Sequence record: KX467643.1
DNA: 39,399 nucleotides
Direction: 5' to 3' (one strand)
Shown: positions 15,688 through 24,975 of the stretch, one piece after another
Numbering within the stretch: position 1 is the first letter of the stretch
Layout of the letters: every line of letters starts with the position of its first letter
Translations under genes and position numbers: made by a program
The notes under the pieces: generated by a model
Databases searched by the model: none
What the model saw: only the letters and a program-made list of their open reading frames with translations
What the model was told of the DNA's origin: nothing

Positions 15688-16216
15688 CTTTCAACACTTC
15701 CTCAACGTTTTTTACTACGCTTTCGTTCTTAGAGTTTCTTGAGTAAATTACTGTATAAGCGTACTTGTCGTCATTTCCAAATTTGACACGTAAATTTCTC
15801 ATGTGGTTCCCCGCTCTAGCTTTTGTTTCCTGTAATGTTTTTTCTAATATTCTGATAATTACATCGTTTAGTGATACCATTATTACTGCGTCACCATCAT
15901 CAGTAACATAAGCACCTGCATCTATCCCGAACTTTTTGAGTTTTGATAGAATTTTCGAGTTCACTTCTCTCAAGTCCTCATCAACGAGTTCTTTCATTCC
16001 AACGAGAAATAATTTTCCGTCCTTGATTTTCATATTCCATAGTTCTTTGTTTATTTCAGCAGTTATCTTTTCAGCAAAATGTTTATATTTTACTGCAACT
16101 AATGCAGTTTTTTCATTTATTGCCCCGGCAACAGGGTCTATTTCCATCTTCTTCAGCGATTCCGTGAATACTTTAAATACGTAAGCTACACTACCTTGCA
16201 ATCTTACTTTTTGCAT
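15680..16216 (-). CDS. Hypothetical protein, 178 aa
   Basis: Clean ORF downstream of MCP1. Confidence 0.85.
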   Translation of the reverse strand: MQKVRLQGSVAYVFKVFTESLKKMEIDPVAGAINEKTALVAVKYKHFAEKITAEINKELWNMKIKDGKLFLVGMKELVDEDLREVNSKILSKLKKFGIDAGAYVTDDGDAVIMVSLNDVIIRILEKTLQETKARAGNHMRNLRVKFGNDDKYAYTVIYSRNSKNESVVKNVEEVLKDE

Positions 16217-16248
16217 AAATAAAAATAGGGATACAGAATAAAAAAAGA

Positions 16249-16752
16249 TTACTTCTTAACTAGTTTGAACAATGCGTCTTCAATCTCGGTTAAAACTTTA
16301 GACATATCAACAGTTACAGGTTTCCCATCTTTCCTTACAAACGTGTAGAGGAAACCACTAGTGACACCTAATCCCGCACCTGATTGTCTTTGCATTAATT
16401 CCCATAAGAAGTTATGATGTATTTCCACAAGTGGTTCGCCCTTATAATCTAATATATAGTTCGCTAGTACTTTCTCAGCAAATGCCATTAATAATCCCTG
16501 ATATGCTCCTGGTATATTATATTTTCCTGAGATTTGTTTGACTACCTCTTTTGCCAAGTGTGATGGTGCATAATCCGTAACCCAATTGTAGGTTTCTTGT
16601 TCGCTGAGCCTCGCGATGGCTCTCATTATTTCTGGGTTTCCTGCAACGAATGCACCATTAACGTGTCCTGCAGTACCTATGTTCATTGAAAACCTCTTTA
16701 GATAGTATCTGTATACAGATGCGGAACTTAATCTCCTATTTCTCCTCGCCAC
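16249..16752 (-). CDS. mcp1: Major capsid protein 1 (betalipothrixvirus, SIRV2-type helical fold)
   Basis: MARRNRRLSSASVYRYYLKRF..., 167 aa; matches SIFV MCP1 as recalled; GTG start with GAGGTGGTGA RBS. Confidence 0.92.
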   Translation of the reverse strand: MARRNRRLSSASVYRYYLKRFSMNIGTAGHVNGAFVAGNPEIMRAIARLSEQETYNWVTDYAPSHLAKEVVKQISGKYNIPGAYQGLLMAFAEKVLANYILDYKGEPLVEIHHNFLWELMQRQSGAGLGVTSGFLYTFVRKDGKPVTVDMSKVLTEIEDALFKLVKK

Positions 16753-16755
16753 CTT

Positions 16756-16860
16756 TCACCACCTCATAATGGTTTTTTTTGAGGGAATTTCCATTGTGAT
16801 TACCTTTAAATAATGGTTATATGTGGAAACAGATTTTAATTTTATGTTCCTTGCCACCAT
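16756..16860 (-). CDS. Unannotated 34-aa ORF similar to the MCP1 N-terminal arm
   Basis: MVARNIKLKSVSTYNHYLKVITMEIPSKKTIMRW; ATG overlaps the MCP2 stop (TAATG); stop lies in the MCP1 RBS. Confidence 0.55.
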   Translation of the reverse strand: MVARNIKLKSVSTYNHYLKVITMEIPSKKTIMRW

Positions 16861-17474
16861 TATAACCCCCTCTCAATATCCTCTAATGCTTTATAAGCAC
16901 TCTCCATTGAACTGAACGTACCAGTACCCGCATAATGCGGTGTAACCGTCGGTACCTTGGTTTTCATTAATACACCAGCGTAACTGTTGGGTAATGCAGG
17001 CATACTTGTTACGATGTTGTCAACTGTTTGTACTACATTAGTTGGGTCTAAAGTTACTGAACCGATTTGCTCTGCAACTGCTGGTACAAGTTCCTTCAAT
17101 TGATTCCCGACTTCCGCAAGTAACGTTTTCACAGTCATAGCAGGCACACCTCTAGCCACATATTTTGTAACAAGGAATGAAGCAGTTTCTTTATGTGTCA
17201 AGTATACGGCGTATATAGCCTCATTGACTAATTGCCATAATGGAAATGTGGCACCTGCACCGGCTAATTTCACAAGAGTAGGTCTTAGTGCATTGTGCAT
17301 TTTATTGTATATTTCAACGAACACGTCATTGTAGTTACTATACATATTCTCTACTAATTGTTGTGCGTACTTCTCACCCATGTAGTTCACGAAGATTCCG
17401 TAGAGCTTACCTTTATACCTAGTTGATGTATCGTTCCTTACATCGATTTTCTTATGTGATTGTCTACCCGCCAT
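16860..17474 (-). CDS. mcp2: Major capsid protein 2 (betalipothrixvirus)
   Basis: MAGRQSHKKIDVRNDTSTRYKGKLY..., 204 aa; matches SIFV/AFV3 MCP2 as recalled. Confidence 0.92.
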   Translation of the reverse strand: MAGRQSHKKIDVRNDTSTRYKGKLYGIFVNYMGEKYAQQLVENMYSNYNDVFVEIYNKMHNALRPTLVKLAGAGATFPLWQLVNEAIYAVYLTHKETASFLVTKYVARGVPAMTVKTLLAEVGNQLKELVPAVAEQIGSVTLDPTNVVQTVDNIVTSMPALPNSYAGVLMKTKVPTVTPHYAGTGTFSSMESAYKALEDIERGL

Positions 17475-17536
17475 ACTATATCAGTTCATAATACTAGTAG
17501 AAAAATATATAAATATTTGGATACATATATGATGTT

Positions 17537-17806
17537 ATGCAACTCACTAAAACGCAGTTTGTCCGTTGTGTGTTTCTTCTTTTAGCTAACTCCAAAAAGT
17601 ATTCCATTCCCCAAGCTGTCAGAATCTCTTACAGACTATTAGATAAAACAAGAGTAAGTCTAAGAACGAAAGAGAGACTATTAGTATTGTTAGATGCACT
17701 TGAAAGCGGAAAGATTACGCCTAGAGAGTTCACAAAAAGGCTTTTCCTTGAATATCCTAAACCATCAGATAAAGTCAAAGTATTAAGCCTTAAGATATTC
17801 GAATGA
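17537..17806 (+). CDS. Basic hypothetical protein, 89 aa
   Basis: Divergent from mcp2; promoter GAAAAATATATAAATA near 17501-17516. Confidence 0.75.
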   Translation: MQLTKTQFVRCVFLLLANSKKYSIPQAVRISYRLLDKTRVSLRTKERLLVLLDALESGKITPREFTKRLFLEYPKPSDKVKVLSLKIFE

Positions 17807-18007
17807 GTAACATCCCTCTTTGAATAAGTCCTCAAGTTGTTTTGGAATGTAAAGGCATTTCCTTTTTGCCGTTCTTATACACTTTAGTCCTACAATTTTT
17901 CCCTCAACGATAATAGGATAAACACGACCTTCGTCAAAATTATCTTCAAGTTGCTTTGGGATATAAAGCACCTTTTTGTTACCTATTTCTCTAAGGCACA
18001 AGCTCAC
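17783..18007 (-). CDS. Internally duplicated AbrB/MazE-like (swapped-hairpin) protein, about 74 aa
   Basis: [16 protein letters not shown] and [16 protein letters not shown]; likely start GTG 18007, overlapping the upstream stop. Confidence 0.7.
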   Translation of the reverse strand: MSLCLREIGNKKVLYIPKQLEDNFDEGRVYPIIVEGKIVGLKCIRTAKRKCLYIPKQLEDLFKEGCYSFEYLKA

Positions 18008-18492
18008 CCAAAGAGCACCCCGTAAACTCCACATTGTATGGGTTTATTATAACTAAAGGCGAGTTTCAAACACCATCCTATTGCCTCCAGGCTCATGGGG
18101 TTCATATTATATTTCACGTACACCTTAATAATAGGTTCTGAATTGTCATTATACCCTGTTTTCGTCTTTATTACCTCTGCCTCATCGTAATAAAACAACT
18201 GTTGACCTAGCCAAATAAACACTGCGTTATTGTAGAGGGAAAATGGGGGTTTTACTTCTATCATCGATGCACCCGAATATCCTAGTTTAGTTAGAAGCTG
18301 GGGTGCGAACGGCTTTTTGAAATCATATACTTTTAGATACGCTAATATAACGTCAAAAACGTTAGTGCATAGTTCGTATTTCTTATCGTACTCGTCTTTA
18401 AAGTCGTAATCGAATTCATTTAGACAAGTATAACGTTTTCCTGAATTTTCGTAGAGATTATAAATTTTTCTCGCCATCTCATAAGAGTCCAT
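18004..18492 (-). CDS. Hypothetical protein, 162 aa
   Basis: GAGGTGA RBS; operon packing. Confidence 0.8.
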   Translation of the reverse strand: MDSYEMARKIYNLYENSGKRYTCLNEFDYDFKDEYDKKYELCTNVFDVILAYLKVYDFKKPFAPQLLTKLGYSGASMIEVKPPFSLYNNAVFIWLGQQLFYYDEAEVIKTKTGYNDNSEPIIKVYVKYNMNPMSLEAIGWCLKLAFSYNKPIQCGVYGVLFG

Positions 18493-18496
18493 TTTA

Positions 18497-19129
18497 TCAT
18501 CTCACCTCTCTTCTAGATATTGTCTCTCGGCATAAGTCTATAAACTTTCCTAAACGGCTTATGCACTCAGGCTCAACACAGTCCATTGCAATAAGTGTCA
18601 AAGTCCTTTCCGCAGTTTCCCATTCCCGTGCAAAAATAGCTTCAATGAGTTTTACAGTATCCTTATTTGCCCCCATTTCTTTTACAATTGCATAACACTC
18701 GGGATAGTGTGTACGAGTGTACTCTTTTGCTTTTTTGTATTCTTCTCCTTTCGTCAAAACTTTATCATTCGTAATAGAAAGCTTTGCCAGTATTCTATCT
18801 AAGTCAAGATCAGCACTTTTAGGAGGTGTAAGTGTGGCTGAAGGGGTAAGTTTTTCCAGTTCTTCACAAAGCTTCTTTCCTTCCGTAAATAATTGTTGAG
18901 CATTAGGGTATTGATAAAAGAACGGCATACTATAAGCAAAATACATGTTCATAACAGGGTCATAGAACATGTGCAAATGATCTTTGGCAACTGTCACGTT
19001 TATTGATACTTGATTACATTGAACTAATGCTACTCCTTTGATGTAATAAGTGTTGTATCTCTTCACTATTCCATTCTTTTTGGCATAATCTAGGAGTTTA
19101 ACGAAAGTCGCTAGATTCCATTGTGGCAA
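18497..19129 (-). CDS. Hypothetical protein, 210 aa
   Basis: TTG start after GGGGT; operon packing. Confidence 0.8.
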   Translation of the reverse strand: MPQWNLATFVKLLDYAKKNGIVKRYNTYYIKGVALVQCNQVSINVTVAKDHLHMFYDPVMNMYFAYSMPFFYQYPNAQQLFTEGKKLCEELEKLTPSATLTPPKSADLDLDRILAKLSITNDKVLTKGEEYKKAKEYTRTHYPECYAIVKEMGANKDTVKLIEAIFAREWETAERTLTLIAMDCVEPECISRLGKFIDLCRETISRREVR

Positions 19130-19949
19130 TTATATACCCCCTAGATTTATTTTTTACTTTTTCACTTAAATCTTCATATTCATCCTTTCCTATCGTTAAC
19201 GCGTGTTGTATTTCGTATCGCAGTTCGTGAATACTCAAGTCCCATACTCTAAAACAATTCTTGTCGTCAGGGCAATACGTGTATTCATCTATAGGGTCTA
19301 TAGGAATTCCTACTAGATTCTCTTTATAACCATGAGCATTAAGGTAAATTGGTACGACACCTAACGCCATCGCTTCAATTGGAGGAATACCAAAGCCTTC
19401 GCTCTTCGATAAAGCAAGAAAGAACTTACTCCTAGCGTAAAGTCTGTATTTCTCTTCCTCTGTTAGCTGAAAAGTCAGATAGTCAGGGTTACCTAAATTT
19501 CCTACAATAATTGTCTTATCCCTCACTCCAAATTCACGAGTAATCCTATCTGCAAGTGTTAAGTTCTTTCTGTCAAAATATCTAGACTCTCCTAACGTAA
19601 TGAACAATTTATCCTTTTTCTCCTCTACGAAAATGGGTTTGATATGTCTCTTCATGACTCCTTTGATTTTATATCCTATTCGTGAAAACATTCCATAGTT
19701 CCAATAACTTGCCATTGTTATATTGTCATATTTTGCCATTTCATTCTTATAATATAGGGCATCATATACAGTATCACCCCATAAAAGACATGTTACTTCG
19801 TCTTCCAACCCTTTTATTCTCTTTAAGAACAAAACCGGGTCGTCAATACATACATCAGCATCGAATAGGTTATGGGTTATTTTGAAATTTTCATATTCTG
19901 CTACTTTCTCGTAACTACATTTTTCACAAGGTACGTACGCTTTAATCAA
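19098..19949 (-). CDS. GT-B (GT4-like) glycosyltransferase, about 283 aa
   Basis: LSKSEGFGIPPIEAMALG (ExF/G..EAM motif); likely start TTG 19949 after GGGGA, since the 20084 extension overlaps the opposite-strand gene. Confidence 0.88.
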   Translation of the reverse strand: MIKAYVPCEKCSYEKVAEYENFKITHNLFDADVCIDDPVLFLKRIKGLEDEVTCLLWGDTVYDALYYKNEMAKYDNITMASYWNYGMFSRIGYKIKGVMKRHIKPIFVEEKKDKLFITLGESRYFDRKNLTLADRITREFGVRDKTIIVGNLGNPDYLTFQLTEEEKYRLYARSKFFLALSKSEGFGIPPIEAMALGVVPIYLNAHGYKENLVGIPIDPIDEYTYCPDDKNCFRVWDLSIHELRYEIQHALTIGKDEYEDLSEKVKNKSRGYIIATMESSDFR

Positions 19950-20023
19950 GCGGATCCCCAGGAAATATTGTATCCACTTATTATTTATAACAATATGGTA
20001 TATTATTATATCAGTGAGTAGAT

Positions 20024-20242
20024 ATGAGCTATAGCCAAATATCGTCTTCCCTAAGCTCAGTAGCCACATCTCTGATAACAGCAATCACTAACTTCCTAGC
20101 AGGAGTTGCTAACTTCATAGCACAAAATGCCGACTTATTCGCAACTATCGTAGGCATTGGAATAATAGTAGGATTAATATTGAAATTCGGCACAAGTCTA
20201 CCGTTCATAGGCAACTTCTTAAACTACGTCGGTCTAGCATAA
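20024..20242 (+). CDS. Small hydrophobic membrane/virion protein, 72 aa
   Basis: Amphipathic helix followed by TM segment LFATIVGIGIIVGLIL. Confidence 0.75.
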   Translation: MSYSQISSSLSSVATSLITAITNFLAGVANFIAQNADLFATIVGIGIIVGLILKFGTSLPFIGNFLNYVGLA

Positions 20243-20275
20243 AACTCCTGAAATAAAAATAAGAAAACTATTTTT

Positions 20276-20575
20276 TTATATTTCTCCTCCACATAATTTA
20301 CTTCTCTTCAATTCTGGTACATCTGTACATAAAACTAGGACAATTGCGTTTATTTTCTTATTTATGTCACTCTCATTTAATGCTCTTATAATTATATTAG
20401 TTACCTCTTCACTTCTCATATATTCGATAATCTCCTTTCTTATTTCCTCTTTTTTCGCAATCGTTGTAATATGTTTTATTCGCATGATTGTATATATCAT
20501 TGATACAATATAAAATAAACTCGAAATTATGTAGATAATTGGGAACAACATACTTCCTGTAATTTGGAACGACAT
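20276..20575 (-). CDS. Probable virus-associated pyramid (VAP) egress protein, SIFV gp43-like
   Basis: N-terminal TM (LFPIIYIISSLFYIVSMIYTIM) plus helical body, 91-99 aa; seventh annotated gene after mcp2, the position expected for gp43 if SIFV synteny holds. Confidence 0.65.
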   Translation of the reverse strand: MSFQITGSMLFPIIYIISSLFYIVSMIYTIMRIKHITTIAKKEEIRKEIIEYMRSEEVTNIIIRALNESDINKKINAIVLVLCTDVPELKRSKLCGGEI

Positions 20576-20710
20576 ATTTCCTCTTAGATAATATGTACAA
20601 ACAAACCTTTAAAATATAGGGATTCATGTTTCACTCGGATTGTTTTATCGTACATAGAATGTGATAGCACAAATTTATAAGTTTGAATGACAAAAGGATA
20701 ATGATAATAG

Positions 20711-21181
20711 ATGGTAGGCAGAATAATTTATACGTGTCCCATCGATGATAAACATATCCTAACTCTCGAAAGGGATACAAGAGAAGCAAAAAGAGGACGA
20801 TGTGAACACCTTTTCGGTTATATGATATCACCTATATATTCTGTCAAAGAAGATGAAGTTTGTCCTAAGGAATTTAGGATAAAATCATGGCATGTTGGTG
20901 GATTGATATACGGAGTTTGTGTATCATTCAGATATGTGACCAGGGACAAAAAGGAATTAAAAAAAGCATTAGAAAAGTTATTGAATTATCCAGAAGATCA
21001 AATAATATATTTCATTCTTGGTGACTTTTCAGCATATGATATTGTAGACTTCGTAAAAAGTATTGTAAAAGACATGTTTGCACACTATAAAGTAGGTAGA
21101 GAAGAAGATGATATAGTTTTTAATCCCAAAATGATCACTGTGACAGGGGTTCTAAATAAAGTGACAATTTATTTGTTTTAA
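20711..21181 (+). CDS. Hypothetical protein, 156 aa
   Basis: Clean ORF with divergent promoter region at 20630-20710. Confidence 0.8.
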   Translation: MVGRIIYTCPIDDKHILTLERDTREAKRGRCEHLFGYMISPIYSVKEDEVCPKEFRIKSWHVGGLIYGVCVSFRYVTRDKKELKKALEKLLNYPEDQIIYFILGDFSAYDIVDFVKSIVKDMFAHYKVGREEDDIVFNPKMITVTGVLNKVTIYLF

Positions 21182-21192
21182 AAGCTTTAACG

Positions 21193-22185
21193 CTATAATA
21201 TTTTTTCCCACTCTTTTGCAATATTCATATAATTATATCTTTCCCTGTAAAGTATTGCACGGTTTTCAAGGTTCTCCTTCTTCTTTTCTGGGTGCCAATT
21301 AGCTAAAGCCATAACTAATTTTTGATAAGCGTCATGGTAATCAGGATCTAGGAAATAGCCAACATGGAAGGGATTTGTATACCATAACTTGACCTTTTTA
21401 TTAACTTTGATCCAATAAACATCGTCATTGTTAAGAATCCACTCCGACCAAGCACCCTTTTCAGTAACTACAACATCAAGACCTAGTGATAACGCTTCTA
21501 TAACTGGTATTTCGAAAGCCCCACCACGAACGGGATAAAACAAGATATCACATCCCGCAAATAACGAATAATAATCGGGATCTGGCAATGGGGCTTTTAT
21601 CGCATTTAACCCCTTCAATCTGGGTTCCAACATGTTTGCAACTAGTATAAGAGGGTAGAAGTGATATCCAGAATTCATTAACTCACGAAAAGCCCTTTCT
21701 ACTATGTCACCTCCTTTTCTGTCCCAGCTATGAGGCAAAATTGCTAGAACACAAGGGTGTGGCATTTCCTTAGGAGGGTATGAGAACATACTAGGATTTA
21801 GAGCGTGAGGGATAACGTGTATGGGTTGTGGGATAGGTAACTTAAGCGTATAAAACGCGTTCTTGCTCCATTGAGAAGGTACTATTATTTCATCAACAGG
21901 CTGATGTCTAAAGAAATACAAGGCTACACTGCTTATTGCATCAGTGTCCGCTACTTCAAATACTATGTTCTTCCCGTGTTTAGGAATACCCTTCCAGAAC
22001 AACTGAGTGTTGAAAATTGTATAGTAGATGTAATCATTAAAACCAGGTGGTAAATCTTCTTTTCTGATACTATTCTTTTCAAAGGACGTCACTTCGTGCC
22101 CTAACTCCTTTAATCCCTTCTCTAAAAGTGTTGCTTGTCTGCCGAATGAGTTGTTCATAATATCTCTTACAAGAGCAATTTTCAT
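21193..22185 (-). CDS. GT-B (GT4-like) glycosyltransferase, about 330 aa
   Basis: PVRGGAFEIPVIEALSLG, VPSQWSK, VIPHA, RKGGD; likely start ATG 22185 (MKIALV). Confidence 0.9.
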   Translation of the reverse strand: MKIALVRDIMNNSFGRQATLLEKGLKELGHEVTSFEKNSIRKEDLPPGFNDYIYYTIFNTQLFWKGIPKHGKNIVFEVADTDAISSVALYFFRHQPVDEIIVPSQWSKNAFYTLKLPIPQPIHVIPHALNPSMFSYPPKEMPHPCVLAILPHSWDRKGGDIVERAFRELMNSGYHFYPLILVANMLEPRLKGLNAIKAPLPDPDYYSLFAGCDILFYPVRGGAFEIPVIEALSLGLDVVVTEKGAWSEWILNNDDVYWIKVNKKVKLWYTNPFHVGYFLDPDYHDAYQKLVMALANWHPEKKKENLENRAILYRERYNYMNIAKEWEKIL

Positions 22186-22272
22186 ATGTTTAATGAATAA
22201 AGGATCGGGTATAAATATATTACACCATGGTAGCAATTTTACCGCAACGTATAAATCTTTAATTTTCATTTC

Positions 22273-22938
22273 ATGATACATTATAGCATGAGAGTAGTTA
22301 CATTCGTTGGTAATTCGACATACCTGGATGAAGTTATATTCAAAAACAAAGTGACCGACTTATACGTAGACAGAAGTTACGTATATAAGTTAGGTAGCAG
22401 ATGGCAAGGAGTTCCAGATTCATTGCTTCCTGAAGACACTATTTTTTTAAATCTATCAGATATTGAAAAATTTAGGTCATATGATATACATGTAGTTGTG
22501 TCAGACACAGGTATAAAGTACGGAGATGGGGAGCGAGAAGTAATGAACAGAAGATTGCGTATAGCGAAAATGATCACTACCATACTAAATGACATACATG
22601 ATGACATACTATTTGTTGATAGTGATGTCATACTTAATGAAAATGTATTTAACCAAATATCATCGTCTACGTCAGCTATGCCAATGCCAATATGTATACC
22701 GGCATTAATGAAACCATCAACATTCATCGTATTCATTTTTTGCTATTCGACAAACTTCTACTTGCCGTCATCTCTTCATGACAAGTTATATGACGCAATG
22801 AAAATGTATATCGACAAACAATTATATGTAAGTCAACCAGTAGACTTATACATACATAACTCCGTACTTGATACACGTAAAATAATACTTGAAAGAGGTG
22901 TATGTCATTATATAAGAGGTAATGTATACTGTATATAA
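22273..22938 (+). CDS. Probable GT-A fold glycosyltransferase
   Basis: [11 protein letters not shown] (DxD) after RLRIAKMI helix; start probably ATG 22290 (MRVVTF). Confidence 0.65.
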   Translation: MIHYSMRVVTFVGNSTYLDEVIFKNKVTDLYVDRSYVYKLGSRWQGVPDSLLPEDTIFLNLSDIEKFRSYDIHVVVSDTGIKYGDGEREVMNRRLRIAKMITTILNDIHDDILFVDSDVILNENVFNQISSSTSAMPMPICIPALMKPSTFIVFIFCYSTNFYLPSSLHDKLYDAMKMYIDKQLYVSQPVDLYIHNSVLDTRKIILERGVCHYIRGNVYCI

Positions 22939-22986
22939 CTAGATTATAGTAACAGTTATTAATGGAAATATCAATTTGTATTATGT

Positions 22987-23292
22987 ATGAAAATAGTAAC
23001 ATACGTAAATACATCTAATAAGAATGTAAAAATAAAGTGGGCTGACATGATATTTACTATACCACAGGTCGATCTAAAAACGGCATTGGTTACAGTAGCC
23101 CACATTGATGATGACGTATTGTTACTAAGAAATAACGTAAATGTGATAAATAAGGACGCAATAGTGCGGTTTTTCAAGTCATTTAAAACATCAGCAGTTG
23201 TAAAGTATGGCAATGAAGTAATAGGATATTATTTGACACGTGCTGATAAGACGCCAACACTAACGGTGACGCATTACGCTCTTAAGATCTGA
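22987..23292 (+). CDS. 101-aa protein, short paralogue of 22273-22938
   Basis: MKIVTYV vs MRVVTFV; HIDDDVLL vs FVDSDVIL. Confidence 0.7.
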   Translation: MKIVTYVNTSNKNVKIKWADMIFTIPQVDLKTALVTVAHIDDDVLLLRNNVNVINKDAIVRFFKSFKTSAVVKYGNEVIGYYLTRADKTPTLTVTHYALKI

Positions 23293-24189
23293 CAATATTT
23301 TTTCTTCTATGTCAGATATCTCAAATTCTTTACTCCTCTTTAATGCTTTTACGCTTAAGTCATCATAACAACTAGTCTTTATACATTCACGTGCTTCCTG
23401 TAACGCATTACGTACATCGTTATCATGTATGAGATAGTTATCCATCTTGCCATATGGTGTCTCTTCAACTATTACATCATACGGGTCAATTGGTATACCG
23501 ACAGCGTATTCCTTAAACGCAAACGCATTAACATATACTGCTGGTGTCCCGACTGACATCGCCTCCATCAACGGTAACCCAAAACCCTCATTCTTAGATA
23601 GAGATAAATAGAAATACGATTTATGCAACAGCCTATATTTCTCACGTTCATCGAGAGTGTAACTACGCATGTCGAAGTCTCCTACATTAGATATTACTAG
23701 CGTCGAATTTCTCATATTAAGTTGTCGTAAAATATCTAGAGTATACTTTACACGTTTACGTATAACAGTATCGTCACCCGGCTCACTAGCTAATACAGTA
23801 AATAGGTACTCTTTTTTTACATTTGATCCACGTTCGTCATAAACGACTTGGTTAAATGGTGGTCGTAGTACACCATCTACATGTATTATACCGTTTAACA
23901 ATTTCTTAACATAATGCGACGTAACATATACTTTTGCACGACGCATATTACAACCACGTTCTACGTAATACGGCGTATCTATCCATACTATCATAGGTTT
24001 GTCCTTATACACACAGCTATATGTCTCAACAAAAGATTTTGCATCTGTTATATTGAAATATGAAGGCGATAGTAATGATTGTGTTAGTTTATATTTCTTA
24101 AACCTCTGTTTGACGTTATTAAAAATAACATAGAACCCGCAATTAGTACATGGTACATGCGTTATTATCTCACGTAATAACATACACAA
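23260..24189 (-). CDS. GT-B (GT4-like) glycosyltransferase, 309 aa
   Basis: [18 protein letters not shown]; similar to 19098-19949 (GIPIDP.D). Confidence 0.9.
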   Translation of the reverse strand: MCMLLREIITHVPCTNCGFYVIFNNVKQRFKKYKLTQSLLSPSYFNITDAKSFVETYSCVYKDKPMIVWIDTPYYVERGCNMRRAKVYVTSHYVKKLLNGIIHVDGVLRPPFNQVVYDERGSNVKKEYLFTVLASEPGDDTVIRKRVKYTLDILRQLNMRNSTLVISNVGDFDMRSYTLDEREKYRLLHKSYFYLSLSKNEGFGLPLMEAMSVGTPAVYVNAFAFKEYAVGIPIDPYDVIVEETPYGKMDNYLIHDNDVRNALQEARECIKTSCYDDLSVKALKRSKEFEISDIEEKILSDLKSVMRHR

Positions 24190-24221
24190 AATTTATTGTA
24201 CTGGTAGTTAAATTATTAATT

Positions 24222-24572
24222 ATGTCTGCAATTGCTGGTGTTATAGCTGGTGCATTCGGTGGAGGAATAGGTGGAGTAGGCAACGCCATAGGAACAATAA
24301 TTGGTGATTTAGAAAGAGCGATAGCAAGGTTCGGCGGGTCTATAGTAAACGCATTCAAGACAGTGATTGATAAAGTGTTATCACTAGCAGTGAGAATAGG
24401 CAGAATAATCGAGAAATATTTCAGGATAGCCGTACATTATATAGTATTATTCCTACGTCTTGCTTATAAATACATGTATTCATTTTATACTGAATTCCAA
24501 AAAGATCCATGGCGTTCATTGCAATTTATAGGAAGTATGGCTATATTACTTAATAACTCACTATTTCCATGA
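24222..24572 (+). CDS. Gly/Ala-rich amphipathic virion protein, 116 aa
   Basis: MSAIAGVIAGAFGGGIGG...; first gene of the structural operon; ATG 24222 preferred over 24150. Confidence 0.8.
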   Translation: MSAIAGVIAGAFGGGIGGVGNAIGTIIGDLERAIARFGGSIVNAFKTVIDKVLSLAVRIGRIIEKYFRIAVHYIVLFLRLAYKYMYSFYTEFQKDPWRSLQFIGSMAILLNNSLFP

Positions 24573-24582
24573 GGTGATATGA

Positions 24583-24975
24583 ATGTCTGAACCAAATCAG
24601 TTATCAAGAGATCAAATGACGGAAATAGTGAAAAACATAGTAGTGTCTGTCGATGTGAACGAAAACGCGGTCGTAATATCAGCAAAGAGATTATTGGCGT
24701 ACTTTCTAAAGAATGTGGAAGGTCTTGAAAAGATTCTTAAAGTAGATGTAGACAAAGATAACAGTATAGTAGTTTATGCATCAGTGAAACCAACAAATCC
24801 AAATCTGAAGTCAATAATATTAAAGGTAGCTGTAAAAGAATCAGCTTTTAACCTAAGTCAGTTTAAACATGAAATTATTAAAGCAGGAGATGACGTGAAC
24901 ATAAAGATATACGTACAGCAGAACGAGAGCAGAACATTAGCCAAGAACAGCAGTGAAGAAGAGGTTGACTTTTGA
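24583..24975 (+). CDS. Hypothetical protein, 130 aa, structural operon
   Basis: GAGGTGA RBS. Confidence 0.85.
   Translation: MSEPNQLSRDQMTEIVKNIVVSVDVNENAVVISAKRLLAYFLKNVEGLEKILKVDVDKDNSIVVYASVKPTNPNLKSIILKVAVKESAFNLSQFKHEIIKAGDDVNIKIYVQQNESRTLAKNSSEEEVDF

Noticed and set aside
20409-20627. 72-aa ORF with RKYVVPNY twice
   Set aside because: Most of it is the off-frame reading of the VAP gene, and the peptide repeat comes from the 24-nt duplication. A short upstream ORF cannot be fully excluded because it has a GAGTGA RBS.
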